The notes under the pieces: generated by a model | Told to the model about the DNA's origin: nothing | The model's database searches: none | Seen by the model: the letters and a program-made list of their open reading frames with translations, nothing else | Translations under genes and position numbers: made by a program | NCBI GenBank assembly: GCA_965217585.1 | Contig: OZ244561.1 | Span: 2,336,001-2,400,000, forward strand | Length of the DNA: 64,000 nucleotides | Source of the DNA: Candidatus Latescibacterota bacterium | GTDB lineage: Bacteria; Latescibacterota; UBA2968; UBA8231 | Direction of reading: 5' to 3' | Shown here: piece by piece, positions 48,767 to 59,387 of the stretch | How positions within the stretch are numbered: the first letter of the stretch is position 1 | Layout: every line of letters starts with the position of its first letter

Positions 48767-49699
48767 ATGGTTATGGAATTTCCCAAACTCGACGAAGCCC
48801 TGCGCTTGGAGCGCTTGACGCCGCCGACAGGCAAGGTGCGGATGGTGCTCGACACCGATACGTACAACGAGATCGACGATCAGTTTGCGGTGGTCCAGGC
48901 GCTGCTCTCGCCCGACCAGCTCGCGGTCGAGGCGATCTACGCGGCACCTTTCTACAACAGTCGTTCGTCCGGGCCGGGCGACGGGATGGAGAAAAGCTAC
49001 GCGGAAATCCTGCGGCTATTGGAGCGGTTGGATATTTCGCCGGAGGGCTTGGTGTTCCGGGGAGCGACGGATGTGCTGCGGGACGACGCGCCGCAGAAAA
49101 GCGCAGCGGTCGATGACCTGATCGCCAAATCCAAAACCGCCGCCGACCCGCTCTACGTGGTGGCGATCGGCGCGCTCACCAACGTGGCCTCGGCTATTCT
49201 GCAAGATCCTGCCATAATCGAGCGAATCGTCGTGGTCTGGCTCGGCGGCCACGCGCTCTACTGGCCGACCGCTAACGAATTCAATCTCCAAGGCGACCTC
49301 GTAGCATCGCAAGTAGTCTTCGACAGCGGTGTGCCCTTCGTACAGATTCCATGTCACCCGGTGGCCTCGCACCTGTTGACGACGCTGACGGAATTGGAGC
49401 GCTTCGTCAAGGGGCGGGGGGCGATTGGCGACTATCTGGTCGAGATCTTCGCCGCCTATTCCCCAAACCACTTCGCCGCTTCCAAGGTGATTTGGGACAT
49501 GTCGGCGGTCGCTTGGCTGCTCGACGCATCGTGGGTGCCGACCGACGTGGTACATAGCCCGGTATTGACCGATCAGAAGACTTGGAGCCACGATCCGTCG
49601 CGGCACTTTATGCGAGTGGCGCAGACGGTGCGGCGCGATGCGATCTTCGGGGATTTCTTCGAGAAATTGGAGAGGTGGGCGGGGAAGCTCGAAGCATAG
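48767..49699 (+). CDS. Inosine-uridine preferring nucleoside hydrolase family protein
   Basis: DTDTYNEIDDQFA, IGALTNVA, EFN, IWD; start approximate. Confidence 0.88.
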   Translation: MVMEFPKLDEALRLERLTPPTGKVRMVLDTDTYNEIDDQFAVVQALLSPDQLAVEAIYAAPFYNSRSSGPGDGMEKSYAEILRLLERLDISPEGLVFRGATDVLRDDAPQKSAAVDDLIAKSKTAADPLYVVAIGALTNVASAILQDPAIIERIVVVWLGGHALYWPTANEFNLQGDLVASQVVFDSGVPFVQIPCHPVASHLLTTLTELERFVKGRGAIGDYLVEIFAAYSPNHFAASKVIWDMSAVAWLLDASWVPTDVVHSPVLTDQKTWSHDPSRHFMRVAQTVRRDAIFGDFFEKLERWAGKLEA

Positions 49700-49752
49700 A
49701 AGGGCAATGGTCAATCATTGCGCCGGAGCTAGTCGATTAGTAGCATAAATCC

Positions 49753-52260
49753 ATGGCCACCGTCGTCCTCACCGAAAAGCCCAGTGTGGCGCGCGATATT
49801 GCCCGAGTCCTAGGGGCCAACAAACGCGGCCAAGGCTATGCCGAAGGCAACGGCTATATCGTCACCTGGGCACTAGGGCACCTCGTGCAATTCGCCGAAC
49901 CAGACGAGTACGGCCCGCCCTGGAACAGCCGCTGGTCCTTTGCCCAGCTACCGATGATCCCCGAGCAGTGGAAGCTCAAGACGACGCGCTCGACCTCCGA
50001 TCAGTACCAAATCGTCAAAAAGTTGCTCAACAGCCCGCAGACCGAGCGCGTCATCTGCGCTACGGACGCCGGGCGCGAGGGCGAGCACATCTTTCGCTTG
50101 ATCTACGAGCACGCCCGCTGCAAAAAACCGTTTGGCAGGCTGTGGGTTTCAAGCCTGACTGACGAGGCAATTCAGGGCGGCTTCCGCGCCTTGCAGGAAG
50201 GAGCGGCCTTCGATCATCTCGCTGCGGCCGCCCGGGCGCGCGGCCAAGCCGACTGGATAATGGGCATGAACCTGACCCGCGCCTACACCGTCCATAACAA
50301 GGTACTCTGCACCATCGGCCGAGTGCAGACGCCGACCCTGTCCTTGGTGGTCAAGCGCGATGCGGCAATTGCCAGCTTTGTAAAGGCGTACTTTTACGAG
50401 TTGGTGGCGCAGTTAGAAGAGGGCTTTGCCGCCAAGTACTGCAAGGATGGCCAGACGCGCATCGACAAGAAGGAGGAAGCCGAGCGCCTGCATCGCCAGC
50501 TCAGCCCCAACAAGGTCGGCACCGTCCGCAAAGTTGAGAAGAAAGTCAAAAAAAACCGGCCGCCTGCCCTCTACGACCTCAACAATCTCCAGCGCGACGC
50601 CAACCGCTATTTTGGCTTTACCGCGGCGCAAACCCTCGAACGCGCCCAAGCCCTGTACGAAACCCACAAGCTCATCACGTACCCGCGCACCGAGAGCCGC
50701 CACATCTCCGAGGACATGGTGCCCAAGCTACCCGGCATCCTAGAAAAGCTAGCGCACCCGCAGGCAGCGGCTGCACTGGCGCGGCTGCGCGGCGGGCACC
50801 GGCTCGGCAGGGCGTATGTCGATCGCACCAAACTCACCGATCACCACGCCATTATTCCCACCGGGCAACAGCCCGCCCCCAATCTCGCACCGGACCTACA
50901 GAAGGTGTACGACTTGGTGGTAGCGCGCTTCGTCGGCGTCTTCCTGCCCGACCAAGTGGTCGAGGAGACGACCGTCTTGCTCGACATCGGCGGTGCCGAC
51001 TTTGTGGCCAAAGGCTCTGTCGTCCTAGAGGCGGGCTGGACGGTGGTGGAACCTGCCCCCGCGAAAGCGGGGGTGCGGCCTCCGAACGCTGCAAAGGGCA
51101 AAGAGAAGGAAGAAGAAGACCAGCGACAGGTGCTCCCGCCGTTGCAACAAGGTCAGCAAGTTCACGTAACGAGCATGGATGTGGTCGAGAAGGAAACCCA
51201 GCCGCCTCGGCCGTACAACGACGCCACGCTCCTAGCGGCGATGAAGAACGCCGGCCGCGAAATCGAGGACGACGAACTAGCCGCGGCCATGAAGGAATCG
51301 GGGCTGGGCACGCCGGCCACGAGGGCCGAGACCATCGAAAAGCTGATTCGCACCGGCTATGTAGTCCGCGACCGCAAGGCGATCACCTCGACGGAGAAGG
51401 GCAAAGCACTGGTGGGTTTGGTGGCCGAACCGCTGCGTAGCCCGGAGTTGACGGCCGAATGGGAGCAGCAGCTCAAGGAAGTCGAAGAAGGGCAGCGGCC
51501 GGTGGCAGGGTTCTACGAAGGGATCGCCGATCTGGTGAGAACGCTGGTCCCCAAGGTCCAGCAAGGACCGGCGCTCTCGCCCGAGCAGGCGGCGCAGGCA
51601 CAAGGCAATAAGAGGAGCAGCGGTAAAGGCAGCGGCAAAGTGTTGGGGCCTTGTCCCAAGTGCAAAGAGGGGCAAGTAGTAGAAAACGCCAAGGCGTACG
51701 GATGCAGCCGCTACCGGGAGGGCTGCAACTTTACTATCTGGAAGACGGTGGCGCGCAAGAAGCTGACCGAAAAGCAGGTGCAGTTGTTGATGGCCAACGG
51801 CCGCACCGAAAAGATGCAGGGCTTTATCTCCAAGGCCGGCAAGAAGTTTGCGGCGCGGCTCAAATTCGACGATGAGTTCAAGGTCGTCTTCGAGTTTGAT
51901 GATCGGCCGCAGAATGACTCCGCTAGGTCGGAGCGACGCGAGGAGCCGCCAGCGGAGTCTACCCGATCCACCGCCGACCCATCGGCTGCCCTCACCTGCC
52001 CCAAGTGTCGTCAGGGACAAATAATCGAGGGGCAGCGCGGCTTTGGTTGCAATCGCTACCGCCAAGGGTGCGACTTCGTGGTGTGGAAGGAAATGGCGGG
52101 CAAGAAGCTAACGGAACGGCAGATACAGACCTTGATCGCCAAAGGTAAAACCGGAGTGATCAAAGGCTTCAAGAGCAAAAAGGGCAGCAAATTTGACGCG
52201 CGGTTGAAGCTCGGGCCGGAGTGCAAGGCTGCGTTTGATTTTCCCGCCGGAGCGCGCTGA
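49753..52260 (+). CDS. topB: DNA topoisomerase III with C-terminal zinc-ribbon repeats
   Basis: EKPSVA, ATDAGREGE, GRVQTPTL, ITYPRTES, GLGTPATR; two CPKC..GC..Y..GC repeats. Confidence 0.93.
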   Translation: MATVVLTEKPSVARDIARVLGANKRGQGYAEGNGYIVTWALGHLVQFAEPDEYGPPWNSRWSFAQLPMIPEQWKLKTTRSTSDQYQIVKKLLNSPQTERVICATDAGREGEHIFRLIYEHARCKKPFGRLWVSSLTDEAIQGGFRALQEGAAFDHLAAAARARGQADWIMGMNLTRAYTVHNKVLCTIGRVQTPTLSLVVKRDAAIASFVKAYFYELVAQLEEGFAAKYCKDGQTRIDKKEEAERLHRQLSPNKVGTVRKVEKKVKKNRPPALYDLNNLQRDANRYFGFTAAQTLERAQALYETHKLITYPRTESRHISEDMVPKLPGILEKLAHPQAAAALARLRGGHRLGRAYVDRTKLTDHHAIIPTGQQPAPNLAPDLQKVYDLVVARFVGVFLPDQVVEETTVLLDIGGADFVAKGSVVLEAGWTVVEPAPAKAGVRPPNAAKGKEKEEEDQRQVLPPLQQGQQVHVTSMDVVEKETQPPRPYNDATLLAAMKNAGREIEDDELAAAMKESGLGTPATRAETIEKLIRTGYVVRDRKAITSTEKGKALVGLVAEPLRSPELTAEWEQQLKEVEEGQRPVAGFYEGIADLVRTLVPKVQQGPALSPEQAAQAQGNKRSSGKGSGKVLGPCPKCKEGQVVENAKAYGCSRYREGCNFTIWKTVARKKLTEKQVQLLMANGRTEKMQGFISKAGKKFAARLKFDDEFKVVFEFDDRPQNDSARSERREEPPAESTRSTADPSAALTCPKCRQGQIIEGQRGFGCNRYRQGCDFVVWKEMAGKKLTERQIQTLIAKGKTGVIKGFKSKKGSKFDARLKLGPECKAAFDFPAGAR

Positions 52261-52261
52261 T

Positions 52262-52840
52262 ATGGCTCTCCAACGCTGCCCGTGGCTGGACCTCGACAAA
52301 CCCGATTACGTCGCGTATCACGACCGCGAGTGGGGAGTCCCGGTCCACGACGACCGCAAACACTTCGAGTTTCTCACCCTCGAATCCGCCCAAGCCGGTC
52401 TTAGCTGGTACACCGTCCTCCGCAAGCGCGCCAACTACCGCAAAGCCTTCGCCGAATTCGATCCTGCTAAGGTCGCTCGCTTCAGCGCGGCCAAGGTCGA
52501 ACAGATGCTCCAAGACCCCGGGCTGATTCGCAATCGCCGCAAGATCGGCGCGGCCGTGGAAAACGCGCGGCACTTCCTCGCCGTGCAGGACGAATTCGGC
52601 AGCTTCGACGCCTATATTTGGCGCTTTGTCGATGGCAGACCCATCGTCAACGAGTGGCGCACCCTCGCCGATTTACCAGCCACCAGCCGCGAATCCGACG
52701 CTTTGAGCAAAGACCTCAAAAGCCGCGGCTTCAAATTCATCGGCTCGATCGTCATCTACTCCCACATGCAGGCCACCGGCCTGGTCAACGACCATGTACT
52801 CGACTGCTTCCGCCGCAGCCAGATCCTCAGCGCGGGATAG
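52262..52840 (+). CDS. tag: DNA-3-methyladenine glycosylase I
   Basis: RCPW, YHDREWG, LESAQAGLSW, IRNRRKI, NDH..DC. Confidence 0.95.
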   Translation: MALQRCPWLDLDKPDYVAYHDREWGVPVHDDRKHFEFLTLESAQAGLSWYTVLRKRANYRKAFAEFDPAKVARFSAAKVEQMLQDPGLIRNRRKIGAAVENARHFLAVQDEFGSFDAYIWRFVDGRPIVNEWRTLADLPATSRESDALSKDLKSRGFKFIGSIVIYSHMQATGLVNDHVLDCFRRSQILSAG

Positions 52841-52868
52841 GCACCCGCCACTCCACAGGAGAACGCCC

Positions 52869-53666
52869 ATGCTCAGCACCGAACAATACCAGCACTTTCA
52901 GACCTTTGGCTTCGTCATCCTGCGCCAATTCTTCACCGCCGACGAGGTGGCCACCTTGAGCGCAGAGTTTGAAACGGGCCTCGACCTCGCTTATGGACAC
53001 CGCCCCTTCGACGGCTCTGAGCGCCATTGGGTGCCGCAAATGGGGCCGAGCACGCCCTTGTACGCCAGCTTGCTAGAGGACGAGCGTTTCTGGTCGATTA
53101 CCGCGCAGCTCTACGGCGAGGATGCCTTTGCCGTGGGCGTGGATGCCAACCGCTACGTCGGCGACACCCGCTGGCACCCCGACCACCGCGTCGATCCCAC
53201 CCAAGACTGCTACGGAATCAAGTTTGCCTTCTATCTCGATCCGGTCGGCCCAGATACAGGTGCCCTGCGCCTCGTGCCCGGCTCGCACAAAAACCCGCTG
53301 CACGACGACTTGCGGGCATATATTCAGGACCAGAGCATGGAACTGGCGGACACCCCCTCGTACACCTGTTCCTCCGAGCCGGGCGACGTCGTCGCCTTTG
53401 ACGTGCGCTGCTGGCACTCCAGCTTCGGTGGGCAACAGGGACGCCGCATGAGCACCTGCGTGTACTACAAAAACCCCGAGACCCCAGAGCAAGAACAAGC
53501 GGCCCGGCAACGCGCCCAAAGCAGCCACCAAGCACCCGCGCAATACCACCGCCCCGGCGACCCGCTCATCCACCCCCATTGGATCGCCAATCACTCGGCC
53601 AGCCCCTTGCGCCAACGCTGGATCGAACGGTTAGACGATCTCGGATTCCTGCATCCGGCGGCCTGA
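52869..53666 (+). CDS. PhyH family Fe/2OG dioxygenase
   Basis: WHPDH, GALRLVPGSH, PGDVVAFD..CWHSS. Confidence 0.88.
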   Translation: MLSTEQYQHFQTFGFVILRQFFTADEVATLSAEFETGLDLAYGHRPFDGSERHWVPQMGPSTPLYASLLEDERFWSITAQLYGEDAFAVGVDANRYVGDTRWHPDHRVDPTQDCYGIKFAFYLDPVGPDTGALRLVPGSHKNPLHDDLRAYIQDQSMELADTPSYTCSSEPGDVVAFDVRCWHSSFGGQQGRRMSTCVYYKNPETPEQEQAARQRAQSSHQAPAQYHRPGDPLIHPHWIANHSASPLRQRWIERLDDLGFLHPAA

Positions 53667-53737
53667 AAAATTGCCAGACTAGCGCCGCTTGCGTACCGTT
53701 TCCGACCCGGCCCTTTCACCCCACCAAGGAGTCTCTC

Positions 53738-54736
53738 ATGCACGTCGGCACCCAGCAGTTCAATACATCGGACGAAGACCTCGAATATCTGGCCCGCCAC
53801 GGGGTCTTCAACAAGAACGAAAACTTCATCGCGTTCCACCGCGAATACGGTTGGGACGTCGAAGAGTTGGTCGCCAAGAAGGAGAAGTGCGCTCGCTTTG
53901 GCATCAATCTGGAAATGGTCGCCCTGCCCATGGCCCAGTTCAACATCAACGGCGATAGCGTGCCCAACTTTATGATGGGCAACTACGAAGAGGGCGACAA
54001 AGAGATCGAGCTGGTCATCAACATGGTTCGGCAGGCGGCCGAAGCCGGCATCCCAGCCATTAAATACTATCTCTGCGCCCTCGAAAACCAGCGCACCGAA
54101 AGCACGCCCCCCGGTCGCGGTGGCTCCATGTACAGCACTTGGGACCTCGAAAAGGCCGACGCCGATACGCCGCGCTACGACCAACCGGTCACCGCAGAGG
54201 AAAACTGGCGTCGCATCACCTACTTCTTGGAGCGGGTCATCCCCGTCGCTGCTGAGTGCAAGGTCCGCATGGCCTGCCATCCCTGCGACCCGTGGCTGCC
54301 GCCCGGCTATAAGGGCGTCGATCGCGTGATGGGCGGCTTTGACGGCTTCAAGCAGTTTATCGAGATCTGCCCCAGCCCCTACCACGGCGTCAATCTCTGC
54401 TTGGGCTGCATGGCCGAGAGCGTCGAAGATCCGCTCAACGAGGTGCCCGACATCATCCGCTACTTAGGCTCGCGCGACAAAATTTTCCTCTGCCACTTCC
54501 GCAACATCGTCGGCAAGCGCAACAAGTTCCAAGAGGTCTGGCCCGATGAGGGGGTGATGAACATGCACCGCAACATGCAAGCTCTCAAAGAAGTGGGCTA
54601 CCAGCACATGTGCGTCCCGGATCACGCGCCCGGGCACAAAGATCCCCACAGCTCGCGCCAGGCTTGGGCCTATGAGTTCGGCTATATACAGGCCATGATC
54701 CAGGCGGTGATGGACGAGAATGGAGCGAGCGCGTGA
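53738..54736 (+). CDS. uxuA: Mannonate dehydratase (UxuA) family protein
   Basis: YFLERVIPVA, CHPCDP, CLGC, HFRN, PDHAP; ATG after AAGGAG. Confidence 0.78.
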   Translation: MHVGTQQFNTSDEDLEYLARHGVFNKNENFIAFHREYGWDVEELVAKKEKCARFGINLEMVALPMAQFNINGDSVPNFMMGNYEEGDKEIELVINMVRQAAEAGIPAIKYYLCALENQRTESTPPGRGGSMYSTWDLEKADADTPRYDQPVTAEENWRRITYFLERVIPVAAECKVRMACHPCDPWLPPGYKGVDRVMGGFDGFKQFIEICPSPYHGVNLCLGCMAESVEDPLNEVPDIIRYLGSRDKIFLCHFRNIVGKRNKFQEVWPDEGVMNMHRNMQALKEVGYQHMCVPDHAPGHKDPHSSRQAWAYEFGYIQAMIQAVMDENGASA

Positions 54737-54803
54737 CCATATTTTCGGCGTGGCGTTCGGCAAGGGGCCACTGGCGGCCTCTTGCCGAACGCGCTAGACG
54801 CCC

Positions 54804-55622
54804 ATGAGCACCGCCCATCCACTGCGCGACATCGAGCGCATCGACGGGCCGCCCGGTCCGTATCTCAAATCAATCGGCACCATCTTCGCCACCTTCGGTG
54901 CGCCTGCCCAAGACTCGGGCAATGTCTCCTATGGCGTGCAGGTTGGCGGCGAGCGCTTCTTCGTCAAAACCACCGATCCCGAGGCCGAGGTCTTCGGCGA
55001 CCACGCGACCCGCGTGGCACTCTTGTACAATGCGGCTCGGCTCAGGCGCAGCTGCGATCATCCGACCTTGCCAGCGCTGCATCGCATCTTCGAAACTGCG
55101 CACGGCCCGGCACTCGTGTACGACTGGGTTGACGGCGAGTGCTTATACGGTGGACGCGACGATCCGCAATCGGCGCATCAGCGATTTCGCCACCTGCCCG
55201 CCGACGCCATGCTCGCCGTGCTCGACGCGATCTACGATTTGCACGTCCAGCTCGTCCAGCGCGGGTGGATTGCCGTGGATTTCTACGATGGCTGTCTGAT
55301 GTACGACTTCGAGCGCCAAGCCGCGCACATCGTGGATCTCGATAACTATCACTTGGGGGCGTTCACCAACCAGATGGGGCGGATGTTTGGCTCGACGCGC
55401 TTTATGGCTCCAGAGGAATTCGAGCGCGGCGCGCTAATCGACGAGCGCACAACCGTCTTTACTATGGGCCGCACCGCAGTCGCATTCCTCGGCGACGACA
55501 TCGGCGGTACGATGGGGGAGGTCGTGCGGCGCGCCTGTCGCCAAAAGCGCGAGGCGCGCTACCGTTCTATGGAGGAGTTTTACGCTGCTTGGCAGCAGGC
55601 GAGGCGGCTAGGGCACGGCTGA
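54804..55622 (+). CDS. Protein kinase-like (Ser/Thr kinase/APH fold) protein
   Basis: FFVK, DFYDGCL, VDLD, GSTRFMAPEE. Confidence 0.75.
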   Translation: MSTAHPLRDIERIDGPPGPYLKSIGTIFATFGAPAQDSGNVSYGVQVGGERFFVKTTDPEAEVFGDHATRVALLYNAARLRRSCDHPTLPALHRIFETAHGPALVYDWVDGECLYGGRDDPQSAHQRFRHLPADAMLAVLDAIYDLHVQLVQRGWIAVDFYDGCLMYDFERQAAHIVDLDNYHLGAFTNQMGRMFGSTRFMAPEEFERGALIDERTTVFTMGRTAVAFLGDDIGGTMGEVVRRACRQKREARYRSMEEFYAAWQQARRLGHG

Positions 55623-55767
55623 TAGGTTCTGCCCGTTGTATCCTTTAGGTGCCAACGCCGTAGCGCCTAGCTCCCATTCTGAATTTTAACAGCCCTACCG
55701 GCCTCAGAGCCACCTCCGCTGGCACGGTTCTTGTTTCCTGTTACCTGTCTCAACGGAAAGGAACCGC

Positions 55768-57294
55768 ATGCCTTCCACCGTCCTCTCGGCCGCCACGCTC
55801 GGGATTGACGCGTACCCGGTCCACGTCGAAGTCGATACCGACCGCAGCTTGCCGACCTTCACGGTCGTCGGCCTGCCCGACTCCGCAGTCCGCGAAAGCA
55901 AGGAGCGCGTCTTAGCGGCCATCAAAAACGCTGGCTATCAGTGGCCGCGCCGCAAGATCACCATCAATCTCGCACCGGCCGACCGCAAGAAGGAAGGCTC
56001 GGCTTTCGACCTGCCCATAGCCGTCGGCGTCTTGGCGGCCTCCCGGCAGATCAAGCCCGTGTGTCTCGCCGAGTTCGCGCTCTTGGGCGAGCTGTCGCTC
56101 AACGGCAGCGTGCGCCCGGTACACGGCATGCTTCCCATGGCCACGTCCCTGCACCAGCAGGGTCTCTACGGCATGATCGTACCGACGCAAAACGCCCGCG
56201 AGGCCGCTATTGCCAATGGGCCGCTCATCTATGGCGTTAGTTCACTAAACGAAGCCCTAGCCATTTTGACCGGCGACGCGCGCCAACGGCCCTACGAATT
56301 GAACCTGGAGGAGGTATTTAGCAGTAACGCCAACTACGGGATTGACTTTGCGGAGGTGCGCGGCCAAGATCACGCCAAGCGCGCCCTCGAAGTCGCCGCC
56401 AGCGGGGGGCACAACTTGCTCATGGTCGGGCCGCCTGGGTCGGGCAAAACTATGCTCGCCCGCCGCCTGCCCACGATCCTCCCGGCACCGACCCTGCGAG
56501 AGGCGCTCGACACCACCAAAATCCATTCGGTCGCCGGCATCCTTGCCCCAGGCCAAGCCCTAGTCGCCACCCGGCCCTTCCGCGCTCCGCACCACACCAT
56601 TTCGGACGCTGGCCTCATCGGCGGCGGTGCGTACCCTCGCCCGGGCGAAGTGTCGCTCTCCCACCACGGCGTGCTCTTCCTAGACGAGCTGCCCGAATTT
56701 CGCCGCAACGTCGTCGAAGCCCTGCGCCAGCCGCTCGAAGACCACACCGTCACCATCACGCGGGCGCAGATCTCGCTCGCCTATCCAGCGGATTTTACCC
56801 TCGTCGCGGCGATGAATCCCTGCCCTTGCGGCTACCTTGCGGACGCCCGCCACACCTGCACCTGCTCTCCGGCCGCAATCCGCCGCTATCGCGCGCGCGT
56901 TTCCGGGCCGCTCCTCGACCGCATCGACATCCACATCGAAGTGCCAGCCCTCGCCTACGACGACTTGGCCAACAAGCAAAGCGGGGAAAGCTCAGCGCAA
57001 ATCCTCCAGCGCGTCAACGCCGCTCGCCAGCGGCAACTCGACCGCTTTGCCGGCGAGCTATTCTGCAACGCCCATATGAGCACGCGGCACACCCGCCGCC
57101 ACTGCGCGCTCGACGACGCCGGGCAAGCCCTGCTCGAAAAAGCCATGGCCCGCCTCGGCCTCTCGGCCCGGGCCTACGACCGCATCCTCAAAGTCGCCCG
57201 CACCATAGCCGACTTGGCCGACGCCCCGATTCAGTCGCAGCATCTAGCAGAGGCCATACAATATCGGGCACTTGATCGCAGCGGCCTTCTGTAG
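55768..57294 (+). CDS. comM: YifB/ComM Mg-chelatase-like AAA+ ATPase
   Basis: VGLPD, INLAPAD, GPPGSGKT, LFLDELPEF, MNPCPCG. Confidence 0.93.
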   Translation: MPSTVLSAATLGIDAYPVHVEVDTDRSLPTFTVVGLPDSAVRESKERVLAAIKNAGYQWPRRKITINLAPADRKKEGSAFDLPIAVGVLAASRQIKPVCLAEFALLGELSLNGSVRPVHGMLPMATSLHQQGLYGMIVPTQNAREAAIANGPLIYGVSSLNEALAILTGDARQRPYELNLEEVFSSNANYGIDFAEVRGQDHAKRALEVAASGGHNLLMVGPPGSGKTMLARRLPTILPAPTLREALDTTKIHSVAGILAPGQALVATRPFRAPHHTISDAGLIGGGAYPRPGEVSLSHHGVLFLDELPEFRRNVVEALRQPLEDHTVTITRAQISLAYPADFTLVAAMNPCPCGYLADARHTCTCSPAAIRRYRARVSGPLLDRIDIHIEVPALAYDDLANKQSGESSAQILQRVNAARQRQLDRFAGELFCNAHMSTRHTRRHCALDDAGQALLEKAMARLGLSARAYDRILKVARTIADLADAPIQSQHLAEAIQYRALDRSGLL

Positions 57295-57398
57295 CTTAGG
57301 AACGCGGGCGGCCAGAGGGCCGGCAACGTAGCGCATTAAGTTCCCGCGCTTCATATTCCTATGTAGATAGCCGTCCCCACCACTAAAAGGAAAAGACC

Positions 57399-58328
57399 AT
57401 GGCCTCTAGTCCCGACCCGCGAATTCCCTGGTACACCCCCGCCGGTGCGGTAACCGTAGAAAAGCACACCCCCGGCAAACCCCACCAAGGCAAGGTGCTA
57501 GCCGCCGTCCAAGCCCATGCCGACGATATTCCCCTCTTCTGCTCCGGCCTCGTCGCCAAGCTCATCGCCGAAGGCTACACCGCCTATTTGATCCAGACCA
57601 CCAACGACGAGAAGTGCGGACCGGGGACGATGGGCGAGACCATTCTCCAAAACGAGCGCGAAGTCGAAGTGCTAGCCGGGGAGTTGGGCTTCAAACAGGT
57701 CATCCACCTCGGCTACCGCAATCACTTCCTCGACGAAGCCGCCCCCACCGAGCTGAGGGCCCGGCTGGTCTTTCTAATCCGCGCTCTCAAAATCGACACC
57801 ATCACCACTTTCAGTCCTTGGGGTCACTGGGAAGAAAATCCCGATCACTATATCACCGGCCAAGCCGTCGAAGCCGCTCGCTGGATGGCTGGCATGGGCA
57901 AGGATTACCCCGAGCAGTTGGCCTGTGGGATGCAGCCGCACTCGGTTGGGGATCTCTACTATTGGGCGATGCGCCCCGGGCAACCCTACAACTCCGTCGT
58001 CGATATAGCGCCTCATCTCGACGCAAAGGTCGCCGCCATGAGTGCCAACAAGGCCCAAGGGCCAGCGGGTGCCCACGGCCGCCGTCTCAAGGAACGGCTG
58101 GCACGTCAAGGCAAGTACCTGCCCGCCTTGGGCGACGACGATGAAGAGGCCGACCGCCAGTACATCCGCCTCTTTGGCTTGCAAGAATACCAACGCCTCG
58201 GCGAGCCCTATGGCTTGGACTACGCCGAGGCGTTCTACTATATGCCGCCCGGCGGAACCTTTACCGGCGCGATGAGCGCAGCGGAGATCGAGCGCTACAT
58301 CGCAGACCACGCCGAGGATTTGGGCTGA
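57399..58328 (+). CDS. PIG-L/LmbE family deacetylase
   Basis: AHADD, NPDH, AEAF motifs. Confidence 0.82.
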   Translation: MASSPDPRIPWYTPAGAVTVEKHTPGKPHQGKVLAAVQAHADDIPLFCSGLVAKLIAEGYTAYLIQTTNDEKCGPGTMGETILQNEREVEVLAGELGFKQVIHLGYRNHFLDEAAPTELRARLVFLIRALKIDTITTFSPWGHWEENPDHYITGQAVEAARWMAGMGKDYPEQLACGMQPHSVGDLYYWAMRPGQPYNSVVDIAPHLDAKVAAMSANKAQGPAGAHGRRLKERLARQGKYLPALGDDDEEADRQYIRLFGLQEYQRLGEPYGLDYAEAFYYMPPGGTFTGAMSAAEIERYIADHAEDLG

Positions 58329-58439
58329 GAAGTGTGGGAGCGCGCTGTTGCGGAATGGAGACTGGAAGACGCCGAGCCGTTTACAGCTTGGTAGTCGTTT
58401 CTTTAATTTGCCCGCACAACTGATTGGGGAGAAACCGCG

Positions 58440-59324
58440 ATGAAACTCACGACGGAACAGATCGCAGAATTCAACACCCGAGGCGTCATCATCGCCCGCG
58501 AGGCACTGACCTACGATGACTTGCAGCCGGTGATCGACGAGCTGTCGGCGTGGATCAACGAGCGCGCGCGGGTGCTACACTCAGAAGGGGAGCTAGCGGA
58601 CCTGCACGAGGACGCCCCGTTTGCGACGCGCTACGGCTTGCTGTTCAAACAATGCCCAGACATCGGACACGGAATGGACATCATGCACTATCGGGGGCGG
58701 GCGATGTTTGAGTTTTTGCGCAATGAGAATCTGCTCGACCTCCTCGAATCCCTCTTGGGTCCCGAGCTGACTTGCAACCCCATCCAGCATTTGCGATCCA
58801 AGCCGCCGCAAGCCTACGAAAACCGCGAAGGCCCCTCTTTCCACAACGCGCCCTGGCATCAAGACGCCGGCGTGATGATGCCGGAAGCCGAAGGCTCTGA
58901 CGTCGTCACCTGCTGGCTGCCTTTGGCCGCAGCCACGGTAGAGACCGGCTGCATGGAGGTCTTGCCCGGCCTCGTCGAAACCGGCTACCTCCGGCATTTG
59001 GCGGCCGGCGGCACCACCATCGCCCCCGAGGCCATGCCCCAAATTGAACCCTTCCCCTTGGAGTGCAAGCGCGGCGACGTGGTGCTCATGAGCCGCTTTA
59101 CGCCCCATCGCTCCACCCCCAATTACTCAGACCAATGCCGTTGGTCCCTCGACCTGCGCTACCAGCCCACTGGCGAGCACACCGGCCGCACCGGCCACCC
59201 CGACTTTGTCGCGCACTCCCGCCGCGGTCCGTCCGGCGAACTGACCGACTACGAGGAATGGTGCCGCCTGTGGATTGACGCCTTTGATAATCCCCATGGC
59301 GTTGTCGCACACCGCGGCGAATAG
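58440..59324 (+). CDS. PhyH family Fe/2OG dioxygenase
   Basis: NPIQHLRSK, WHQDAG, HRSTPN..RWSLDLRY. Confidence 0.9.
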   Translation: MKLTTEQIAEFNTRGVIIAREALTYDDLQPVIDELSAWINERARVLHSEGELADLHEDAPFATRYGLLFKQCPDIGHGMDIMHYRGRAMFEFLRNENLLDLLESLLGPELTCNPIQHLRSKPPQAYENREGPSFHNAPWHQDAGVMMPEAEGSDVVTCWLPLAAATVETGCMEVLPGLVETGYLRHLAAGGTTIAPEAMPQIEPFPLECKRGDVVLMSRFTPHRSTPNYSDQCRWSLDLRYQPTGEHTGRTGHPDFVAHSRRGPSGELTDYEEWCRLWIDAFDNPHGVVAHRGE

Positions 59325-59387
59325 CGCGGCGCTACAAGCAAACTTGGCGAATGGCTAGCTGCGCTGAGCGATTACAAGGAGACGACG

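Noticed and set aside
49753-52260. topB as a marker of a conjugative element
   Set aside because: Host-like codon usage, flanked by tag and metabolic genes, no transfer genes
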